This document shows positions 56,296-64,000 of a stretch of 64,000 bases of DNA, one piece after another. Origin of the DNA: an uncultured Gammaproteobacteria bacterium (GTDB taxonomy: Bacteria > Patescibacteriota > Microgenomatia > CAYGWK01); NCBI GenBank assembly GCA_964353785.1, contig CAYGWK010000004.1:22730-86729 (forward strand), given 5' to 3'. The position numbers and the translations under genes are program-made. Every line of letters starts with the position of its first letter. Position 1 is the stretch's first letter. Under the pieces are notes generated by a model, which ran no database searches, was not told where the DNA came from, and saw only the letters and a program-made list of their open reading frames with translations.

Positions 56296-56459
56296 TTTTG
56301 ATATAGTTCCTCAGGTAATTCTTATTATTACTAAGTATTGCCTAGTATGGTGAGTTTAGACCAATTTGCCAGGTGATACGATATTATACTGTTATTTTTC
56401 CCTTGTCAACTGGAAAAATTTTGTCTCCAAAACCTTAAATTAATCATTATAAATGGCTC

Positions 56460-56539
56460 TTGACAAGCGATACCCACTTGATGTTAACATTTACTCGGGA
56501 GGCTGTTTTTACCCCTTAGTATCCATTAAATCTTAACAA
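56460..56539 (+). promoter_or_regulatory. Promoter with two TAYCCA-N8-TAACA motifs
   Basis: TTGACA at 56460; motifs at 56471-56489 and 56520-56538. Confidence 0.6.
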
Positions 56540-56545
56540 CTGCCA

Positions 56546-59500
56546 ATGTCGCCTAAATACACTGCTCAAGAAAGATTAAAGCTAATTGAAAGAGTAATCC
56601 TTGGTGGCGAGAAGGCAGCAGAAGTCTGTCGCAAAGCAGGAATCTCTCGAGTTTTGTTCTATAGTTGGCTTAAGAAATACCGTGAGGCTGGTCAACAAAT
56701 AGAGGCTTTAGTTCCTGGAAAGAAGAAAATCTCAATTTCTCCAAGAAAAGTCACTCCCCAGAAAGAAAAACAAATCCTCGCCATAGTTAAAGAGCATCCC
56801 CAGTGGTCAACTAAAAAAATAAGCGCCGCTTTGCCCAAAGAACCCTCGGGAAAGCCAATTGTCGGCAATCATGGGGTCCAGAATGTCCTTCAAAGACTTA
56901 ATCTTTCAACCCGAGAGGAAAGAACTGCTTATATAAAGGCAGTTAGCAGACCAAAAGAGGAAGTGCTAACTGGAGTTCAGCTTACGCCTGAACAGAAACT
57001 AGAGATGCTTGAAAAGGTAGTCATTGGTAAAGAAAAGGTAAGCAAAGTTTGTCAGGAATATGGGATTTCCAGAACCCTTTTCTACAGACTTAAAAGACGT
57101 TATGAAGAGGCGGCTTTGGAAGAAAAACTGCGGGCGGTTGCCCCAGCGGTTCGCCATATAGAAAGGTATTGGCGGCAAACTCCGGAGAGGTATGAAAGAG
57201 CAGTTTTGGATCTGGTGGGAAAGCACCCAGAATATTCAGTTCGTAAACTGGTTGCCCATTTGCCAGAAGTGGCTGGCGTTCCCATTGTTGGTCATCATGG
57301 AGTCCAAAATATCCTGCACCGATATAATCTTTCTTTATATGAGCAAAGACAAGCTTTCGCTTCGGCCCAAGTGACGCCAATTACCCGGTTTGTTGGCGCT
57401 TTCGAACAAGCCTTTGCTAGACTTTTTGTCTTTCCAGTTGAGACAAGAGCGGCCGTGGTCAGATTTTTGGGGATTGCTGCCGCAAGCACTTTTGCTACTG
57501 TTGTGGTTTTAGGTAGTTTGGGATATTTTGCTACAGTTTTCAAGGGAGTTGCTCCAATTTACCGACCCGGATTAGCCTTTGCCTCAATCGCTCTTTCAGT
57601 TGGTTCTATTTTTTTCCTCTATTCAATGAAGTACTACTTTACTTTGGCCATAGTTTTGTCTTTCTCCCGCCAGCCAGGAGAACCAGCAGTTTTGGGACTA
57701 AATGGAGAATTTAAGAAAAATGGCAACGGGGGATGGCTTTCAAGGATTTTTGGCCTCCGGCCCAACGGGCCGATAGGCCCGGAGGGTTTGGGCAAAGGCA
57801 AAGAACGGCGAGTGGTTGGGCTTGAGCCAAATCTTGAATCAGTTAAACTTGAAAAACATCCTTTTGTCTCTGTTCACCTACCTTTTTATAATGAGAAAAA
57901 AGTGGCGGAGCGAATTTTATCTGCCTGTACCTCTTTTGACTATCCAAACTATGAGGTAATTGTGGTTGATGATTCCACTGATGAAACAGTTGAGATTTTA
58001 AAAGGTTGGCAGAATCATCCAAAAGTCAAAATTGTCCACCGCCAAACTCGAGAGGGATTTAAAGGAGGAGCCCTTCGGGAAGCCCTAAAACACACGGATC
58101 CCAAAGCCGAGTTTGTCGTTGTCTTTGATGCTGACTTTATTCCTTATCCTGATACTTTGGAATTATTTTTGAAATACTTTAAAACCTACAATCAGGATTC
58201 AGAGGATTTCTCTAAATCAAATATTGCCTGCGTTCAAGGATATCAATGGCATGTTTTAAACAAGTCTGAAAATTGGATTACTCGGGGAATAAGAAGCGAA
58301 TATGCTGGCTCGTATGTTATTGAGCGTTCTGGCACTGAAGTCTTAGGAGCGCTAAAACAAATTGCCGGTTCAGTCTACATGGTTCGGGCAGACCTCCTTA
58401 AGAAATTTGGTTGGGGGACTTCAATTACCGAAGATTTTGAGCTAACCTTGAGGCTTTATGAACAAGGCTACAAAGTGGTTTACACTCCCTATGTTCAAGG
58501 TCCGGCAGAGTGCGTCTCTACCATCAAGCGTTTAATTCGCCAAAGAATGAGATGGGCAGAAGGACATAGCCATAATGTTCGGAAAATGTTTTTAAGGCTT
58601 CTTGGGTCGCCTAGGATGACTTTAACCGAGAAAATGGAGTTCCTCTACCTTTCTCCCTATTATCTTCAGGCTTTCTTTTTCTTGGTGGGCACTTTTTCCT
58701 GGCTTATGGCGGAGACTGTCTTTAGGGCTCGCCTTCCTTTCTGGACTTCTCTTTGGGGCTGGTCGCTTGTTTTAACTAACTTTTTCTCTTTGCCTTTAAT
58801 GAATGCGGTTGGTTTGTTTTTGGAAGAAGGGGAAAATAAAGATTATTTAGGAATCTTATCTTTTATTGCTTTATCTTACCTTCTGGTTCCCTTCCAAGCC
58901 TATGCTTCAGTAAAAGGGTTTTTAGAGAGAGAAGAAGGACCTTGGTTTAGGACGCCTAAAACTGGTCTTATTACCGACATCTTTACCCGAGGAAAATTCT
59001 ATCGCTGGATTTCGGGGATTATTCCTGGAAGACGGCCAGCGGTTGTCCCTGCCCCTGGAGGAGTTTTGGGGAACAAACCAGCCTGGGCAACCAATCCTTA
59101 TCTCGCTTTGGCGACGGCGAATAATCGGTTTGAGGATTTTCAGATTAAAAGAAAAAGACTGCCTTGGGTGGCTAGGGCGGCCTTGGCGATCCTCTTAATT
59201 TTTACCACCACCTTTTTTCAACTGTCCCAGAATATAAAAGTGGTCCAGGCCACCGGGATGGTAAGTCCTTTAAAACTTTCTCAAGGGCAAGTCGGTGATG
59301 GGACATGGCCTGCCTGGGGGAATTATATGACGAATAACAGTAATGGCTATGGCACGGGAACCTTATTTAGGTTTAATAGAAGGAACGCTAATTCCAGTGG
59401 TAATAATTATACCTGGTATACCAATCTTTTACCAGTATCCGATGGGGGGGATGCGGCGAGTGTTCCCGCTGGCCAGTATTTTGTCCAGCTAGCCAAATCC

Positions 59501-59998
59501 GGCTATAGCGCCGCCGGCAACTACATTAATTTTGGTTTACAGCTTCTTTTAACCAATAATAATGGGACTACCAGGACACAGATTTTATGGGGCATCCAAC
59601 AAATAAACACCAGTGATCTCAATAATACTATCTTTCAATATTATGTTGGTAATAAATCAGCGGCCAATACGATCACCTACGCGGCTAGGAACCGGTTTGC
59701 TTTGAGGGTTCTCTATATCAATGCCAACACCACCTCAGCCACGGTTAATTGGTTAATTAACAATAGTACTGTTCCCGCCAGGCTCTTTTTGCCCGGAAAC
59801 TTAATCATCCCGGAGATTCCTCTACCAATGGTCATGGCAATGATGCTGGCGATCATGCCGGTGCTGCCGACACTCGTTTCCGGTCGGTTGCGGAAACCAG
59901 GGCAAAACATTTTTGAGGAATTCTTCTTAGCTTGGAAAGATTTGATGAGGCAATTAACAGGGAAAGGGGAGGAGGCGTTGGACGAATTGCCGGTATAG
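56546..59998 (+). CDS. Second HTH-GT2-extracellular domain-CTERM fusion protein
   Basis: Same architecture as 46458..50954; highly similar GT2 core; unrelated Asn/Thr-rich outer domain; IPE-TM-RLRK. Confidence 0.85.
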   Translation: MSPKYTAQERLKLIERVILGGEKAAEVCRKAGISRVLFYSWLKKYREAGQQIEALVPGKKKISISPRKVTPQKEKQILAIVKEHPQWSTKKISAALPKEPSGKPIVGNHGVQNVLQRLNLSTREERTAYIKAVSRPKEEVLTGVQLTPEQKLEMLEKVVIGKEKVSKVCQEYGISRTLFYRLKRRYEEAALEEKLRAVAPAVRHIERYWRQTPERYERAVLDLVGKHPEYSVRKLVAHLPEVAGVPIVGHHGVQNILHRYNLSLYEQRQAFASAQVTPITRFVGAFEQAFARLFVFPVETRAAVVRFLGIAAASTFATVVVLGSLGYFATVFKGVAPIYRPGLAFASIALSVGSIFFLYSMKYYFTLAIVLSFSRQPGEPAVLGLNGEFKKNGNGGWLSRIFGLRPNGPIGPEGLGKGKERRVVGLEPNLESVKLEKHPFVSVHLPFYNEKKVAERILSACTSFDYPNYEVIVVDDSTDETVEILKGWQNHPKVKIVHRQTREGFKGGALREALKHTDPKAEFVVVFDADFIPYPDTLELFLKYFKTYNQDSEDFSKSNIACVQGYQWHVLNKSENWITRGIRSEYAGSYVIERSGTEVLGALKQIAGSVYMVRADLLKKFGWGTSITEDFELTLRLYEQGYKVVYTPYVQGPAECVSTIKRLIRQRMRWAEGHSHNVRKMFLRLLGSPRMTLTEKMEFLYLSPYYLQAFFFLVGTFSWLMAETVFRARLPFWTSLWGWSLVLTNFFSLPLMNAVGLFLEEGENKDYLGILSFIALSYLLVPFQAYASVKGFLEREEGPWFRTPKTGLITDIFTRGKFYRWISGIIPGRRPAVVPAPGGVLGNKPAWATNPYLALATANNRFEDFQIKRKRLPWVARAALAILLIFTTTFFQLSQNIKVVQATGMVSPLKLSQGQVGDGTWPAWGNYMTNNSNGYGTGTLFRFNRRNANSSGNNYTWYTNLLPVSDGGDAASVPAGQYFVQLAKSGYSAAGNYINFGLQLLLTNNNGTTRTQILWGIQQINTSDLNNTIFQYYVGNKSAANTITYAARNRFALRVLYINANTTSATVNWLINNSTVPARLFLPGNLIIPEIPLPMVMAMMLAIMPVLPTLVSGRLRKPGQNIFEEFFLAWKDLMRQLTGKGEEALDELPV

Positions 59999-60001
59999 AA
60001 A

Positions 60002-60030
60002 AGCGTCTAGCGTCTAGCGTTTAGCGTCTA
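60002..60030 (+). repeat. 7-bp tandem repeat (AGCGTCT)x4
   Basis: agcgtctagcgtctagcgtttagcgtcta. Confidence 0.8.
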
Positions 60031-60037
60031 GGGGATA

Positions 60038-61891
60038 GTGATGGAAGAGAAGATTTTAAAACAAAGAATTATTTTTCGAAGATTAATTCAAGCTTTTATT
60101 ATCTTGTCAGTCTTGGTGATGGCGGTGGCCGAAATTAATCAGGAAAACGACCTTTTCTGGCAGATAAAGATGGGAGAGCAAATCTGGGAAACCCATACTT
60201 TTCCCACCACTGACCCTTATAACTTCAGCAATCCTGGAGCGGTCTGGACATTAGAGGAATGGTTGCCCGCGGTGTCGTTTTATTTGATTTACAGCCGTTT
60301 TGGTCCAGCAGGACTGATTCTTTACAAAGCCGTGGTCATTGCTTTGATCTTCTGGCTGTTTATGATTCTTTTTAATCGCTTAAAAGTAAACCTCTATTTA
60401 TCTTCAGGAGTCTTGCTTTTGGCAGCGATGGTCAATAGTCGAGGAATTTGGACGGTTTTTCCCTCGATTTTTGAATATCTTTTTATCGTCTTAACCATTC
60501 TCATGCTCGAATTTTATCGAGACAAGAAATTCCGCCTGATACCGTTTTTTTTAATTTTCCTTTCCTTGCTTTGGGTTCAGTCTCATGCTTCTTTTTTTCT
60601 GCTTTCGGGGATAATCGCGGCTTATCTTTTTGGGGATTGGCTGGTGTCTTTTTTAAAGAGAAGATGGGCTGGTTATCAGCCTCAAGGTTCTGCGTTTGAG
60701 AAAAGACAACAAAAATCACTTCTAGTGGTTTTCCTGTTGTCTCTGGTGATGCCGCTCATAAGCCCGAATGGCTATTGGCTGCCTCTTTATCCTTTCAGAA
60801 TTACTTTTGGTCGATTCACTCCCTATGTTTCTGAATACCAAAGATTTTGGCATGTTTGGAATTGGAATTGGGTTGATTTTATTCATGGCTTCACCTTGAT
60901 TTTAATTATCTTAATGGTTTTCTTTTTTATCATCTCGATGAAGAAATTGCACCCGACTGATTTATTTCTGGGAATTTTCTTCACCATCTTGGCTTTAACC
61001 GCGGTGCGGCACGTGGCTATTTTTGCTTTAGTAGCGCTTTTTTTAATTAGCCGTTACCTAACGGTTTGGTTCGGAGAGTACCGGGGCTTTTTTAAAAGGT
61101 CGCTCCTCAAAGACACGATTCTGGTGCTGCTGATTTTCGTTTTTGTTATCTTTTACAAAACTCAGCTGGTTCCCTTTGGGTTTGGGTGGTCCGAGAAAGG
61201 TTATCCTAGGGAAGCAGCAGAGCTTATAAATAAAAGTGATCTTTCGGGAAATATGTTTAATCATTATAACTATGGCGGCTACCTTATCTGGAAGATGCCA
61301 AAATATAAGGTTTTTATTGACGGCAGACTGGAAATGTATCAAGGACAGGCAGGCCGGGATTATCTCAAGATAATCTCCGCCGAAAAAGGCTATCTCGACC
61401 TGCTAAAAAAATACCAGATTAATTTTTTTATCAGTTATCTAAGAGACCCAATCATTAGTGCTCTGATTGATGATCCCAACTGGGTCTGTGTTTATTATGA
61501 TGACAATTACATCGTTTTGGTTAAGAATAATGCGGCTAATCAAGCCTTTCTGGCTTCCTATTCGGCCAAAGGGTTTGAAGAAGAGTTTAAAAAAAAGTAT
61601 AAGTCATCGGTGGCTCAAGCAAGGGCGGAAGAATTCCACAACCGGGGCTTAGAGGAAATCAAAAAGAAAAATTATGAGGCAGCCTTGTATTTTTTCCAAC
61701 AGGCTGTCCTAGAAAACCCTAAATTTATTGTCGCTCATCTTAATTTAGCCCAAGCCTATCTTGATGTGGGTTTGTACAGTCAAGCGGCCTACGAATATCA
61801 GGCAGTCCTGGAAAATGAGCCGGGCAATGAAGTGGCGCGCAAAAATCTGGAAAGACTGGAAAAATTAAATGAAGAGTTTAAGATTTTCTGA
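60038..61891 (+). CDS. GT-C-type membrane protein with C-terminal TPR
   Basis: DLFWQIKMG, EW, YNYGGYLIW..VFIDGR, TPR helices. Confidence 0.7.
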   Translation: MMEEKILKQRIIFRRLIQAFIILSVLVMAVAEINQENDLFWQIKMGEQIWETHTFPTTDPYNFSNPGAVWTLEEWLPAVSFYLIYSRFGPAGLILYKAVVIALIFWLFMILFNRLKVNLYLSSGVLLLAAMVNSRGIWTVFPSIFEYLFIVLTILMLEFYRDKKFRLIPFFLIFLSLLWVQSHASFFLLSGIIAAYLFGDWLVSFLKRRWAGYQPQGSAFEKRQQKSLLVVFLLSLVMPLISPNGYWLPLYPFRITFGRFTPYVSEYQRFWHVWNWNWVDFIHGFTLILIILMVFFFIISMKKLHPTDLFLGIFFTILALTAVRHVAIFALVALFLISRYLTVWFGEYRGFFKRSLLKDTILVLLIFVFVIFYKTQLVPFGFGWSEKGYPREAAELINKSDLSGNMFNHYNYGGYLIWKMPKYKVFIDGRLEMYQGQAGRDYLKIISAEKGYLDLLKKYQINFFISYLRDPIISALIDDPNWVCVYYDDNYIVLVKNNAANQAFLASYSAKGFEEEFKKKYKSSVAQARAEEFHNRGLEEIKKKNYEAALYFFQQAVLENPKFIVAHLNLAQAYLDVGLYSQAAYEYQAVLENEPGNEVARKNLERLEKLNEEFKIF

Positions 61892-63344
61892 GATGCTAAA
61901 AAATAGCCGACCAATCTTTAAGTTAACCTTTCTCTTTTTTATTGCCAGTCTTCCTTTATTCTTGAGTTCAAGCATTTTCTTTTTAAAAGACCCGCCGGTT
62001 TGGCCAGATGAGGCCTTTATTTTGGATACGGCAGAAACCTTTAACCAAACAGGAGAGTTAGCGACGGATATTTTTGGGGCGGCCGGCATGGGTCTGGAAA
62101 AACAAGCCCTTTGGTATCCACCGCTTTATTTTTATACTTTAGCGGCCTGGATTAAAGTTTTTGGGTCAACCATCGAATCAACCAGGTTTTTATCACTTTT
62201 ATTGGCCTTCTTTGCCCTCGCCCTCGTTTTCTTCCTGATAAGAAAAATGTTTAAAGAAAACTTTTTGGCGGTTTTGGGGACGGCTTTGGTGGCTTTTGAT
62301 ATCAGTTTTGCCAGCTCGGCCCGGATGGCCCGGATGGAAATGCTGTGCTTTTTTTTCCAAATGGTTTCTCTGGTCATCTTTTATCTTATTGAACAAAGGA
62401 AAGAGAAACGATATTTTGCCTATCTTTTCGTGGGCGTGTTTTCGAGTTTGGGGATACTGACTCATCCTTTGGGATTAATCTTGCCGGCAGTCATTTTCGT
62501 TTACCTTCTGTTCGTTGGCGGTACGCTTAAAGAAAGAGTCTTAAAAGGTTTTTTGATTGCCTTGCCCATGGTTTTATTCATCGGGAGTTGGCTTTTGAGC
62601 ATCAGAGACTGGTGGGATTTATTTCTTCTCCAAAACAAACTTCAGTTAGCGAGAAAAACCTTATTCCAACCTTATATCTGGGTTCTTTTCTCAAATATTC
62701 TTTCTTGGCGATTGTTGTTTGTGCTTAATGGAGCGGTTTTTTATGGTTTGGTGAGGTTAGTCGTTAAGTATAGAAAAAAACCTGATATTTTGTTGTTTTT
62801 AGGACTAATTATTTCCACCGCTGTTCTTATTTGGGGAAAAGAAAGTTGGTATACGTTATATTTTCAACCCTTTATTGCTTTAGCTATCCTGACCATATTG
62901 AAGAGAGCAAAAGAGGATAAAGAATGGTTAATTTTTAAAAGCACGGTCTTCATTATCATTTTATTATTTTTAATTAATGGGTGGTTATATTGGGAGACAT
63001 GGCAAAAAAGAGGGAGAGGTAATTATGATTACCATGATTTAACACAAAGAGTGGCCAGGGTTTTACCCAAACAGGGCAAAGTCTTTTTAGCGGCCATCCC
63101 TGATCCTTATTATGACCTTAAAAGAGAGAGCCAATTAGAGTTTTTTGAATTTTCAACAGTTCCCGTATCTGATGAAGTCTTCCAAAGAGTCTTAGACTCT
63201 TCTGACTACATTGTTTTCTGGATTTTAGATAAGAGGATTATTGAATATGTTGATCGTAATGCGGAGACGGAAACAGCGATTCAACAGCCAAAAGGGTATA
63301 AGGTGCTCGTGATTAAGCTTGTCCCACAAGATAAAAGGCGATAA
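61869..63344 (+). CDS. ArnT/PMT-family (GT-C) glycosyltransferase
   Basis: WPDEA, YPPLY, R.LS, ARME motifs; many TMs. Confidence 0.8.
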   Translation: MKSLRFSEMLKNSRPIFKLTFLFFIASLPLFLSSSIFFLKDPPVWPDEAFILDTAETFNQTGELATDIFGAAGMGLEKQALWYPPLYFYTLAAWIKVFGSTIESTRFLSLLLAFFALALVFFLIRKMFKENFLAVLGTALVAFDISFASSARMARMEMLCFFFQMVSLVIFYLIEQRKEKRYFAYLFVGVFSSLGILTHPLGLILPAVIFVYLLFVGGTLKERVLKGFLIALPMVLFIGSWLLSIRDWWDLFLLQNKLQLARKTLFQPYIWVLFSNILSWRLLFVLNGAVFYGLVRLVVKYRKKPDILLFLGLIISTAVLIWGKESWYTLYFQPFIALAILTILKRAKEDKEWLIFKSTVFIIILLFLINGWLYWETWQKRGRGNYDYHDLTQRVARVLPKQGKVFLAAIPDPYYDLKRESQLEFFEFSTVPVSDEVFQRVLDSSDYIVFWILDKRIIEYVDRNAETETAIQQPKGYKVLVIKLVPQDKRR

Positions 63345-63352
63345 AGGAGAGA

Positions 63353-64000
63353 ATGAACAAAAAACAAATTGTTTTTTTTGATGTTGATCATACTCTGATT
63401 CCGAGAACATCGGCTGAGGCGCTTTTTGGCCGCTGGTTACTGCTTCGTGGGTTAATTCCCCTTGGCAATTTTTTTGAGGGAGCGAAATTCTTTTTCTTAA
63501 ATTTTAGGAAGCTGGGGATAGCGGCAATAAAAGCTGACAAGATGTATCTTCGGGGGTTTGAAAGAGGGGAACTGGAACTCTTGGCAAAGCAAGCAACAGT
63601 AGAGTTGATTGGTCGGCATATCTCAAAGAAAGGGGTGAGGACGATTAAAAATCTGCAAGAAGAGGGAAAGGAAGTCGTCCTTCTTTCCGGCTCACCGGAC
63701 GTGATTATCAAAGAAATAAAAGATTTAGTCGGAGCCGAAGAGATGATTGCGGCTGAATTGGAGTGGAGGAATGGTAGGGCGACGGGCTTGGTTAAAGGCA
63801 TCTGGCCTTATGGCCAGGGAAAGCTTCTGGCCGCTTCTCGATACGCTCAAAAAGAGGAGATTAAGTTAGCTGATTGTACTGCCTATGCCAACGCTTTGGC
63901 TGATTTGCCCTTACTAAGAGCGGTTGGCAGGCCGGTAGTGATTAATGCGGATTGGCGTTTGCTTTGGTGGGCCAAAAAGCAGGGATGGCCTCTTGATTAT
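63353..64000 (+). CDS. HAD-IB (SerB-like) hydrolase, truncated by the window end
   Basis: MNKKQIVFFDVDHTL motif I, LSGS motif II, GK and DLPLL..VG.PV.IN; AGGAGA SD. Confidence 0.8.
   Translation, partial: MNKKQIVFFDVDHTLIPRTSAEALFGRWLLLRGLIPLGNFFEGAKFFFLNFRKLGIAAIKADKMYLRGFERGELELLAKQATVELIGRHISKKGVRTIKNLQEEGKEVVLLSGSPDVIIKEIKDLVGAEEMIAAELEWRNGRATGLVKGIWPYGQGKLLAASRYAQKEEIKLADCTAYANALADLPLLRAVGRPVVINADWRLLWWAKKQGWPLDY

Noticed and set aside
63388-63801. Minus-strand 137-aa ORF and other short antisense ORFs in the track
   Set aside because: They are shadows of well-supported genes on the opposite strand (here the HAD hydrolase)
1-64000. Alternative genetic code (TGA read-through)
   Set aside because: Known genes (ftsH, SDR, trxB) end correctly at TGA and are full length under code 11

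Overview
Chromosomal segment of a low-GC, standard-code bacterium. The gene content and style (paired PBP1A, DUF5667, stand-alone TraG/VirB4-like ATPase, ATP-dependent ligase, GT-C proteins, -10 boxes abutting start codons, in-frame palindromic inserts) point to a Patescibacteria/Microgenomates genome; this is inference. Housekeeping genes include nrdR-nrdJ, trpS, ftsH, mutM, recF, pth, trxA/trxB, csoR and three tRNAs (Ile-UAU, fMet, Met). The most striking feature is at 46.4-64 kb: two paralogous large proteins each fuse tandem IS481-transposase-type DNA-binding modules (no catalytic core) to a cellulose-synthase-like GT2, a paralog-specific extracellular domain and a PEP-CTERM-like tail. They lie among GT-C glycosyltransferases, a site-2 protease and a membrane-anchored MerR-type HTH, and a TAYCCA-N7/8-TWACA motif recurs five times in upstream regions of the locus. 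Also notable: two covarying copies of an unknown ~150-nt structured element (12.8 kb and 45.4 kb), a four-hairpin sRNA candidate with its own promoter (25.6 kb), duplicated gene 3' ends flanking inserted genes, a zinc-less NrdR paralog and an unannotated Flp-pilin-like ORF. All family assignments are from motif recognition by eye; no database searches were run.
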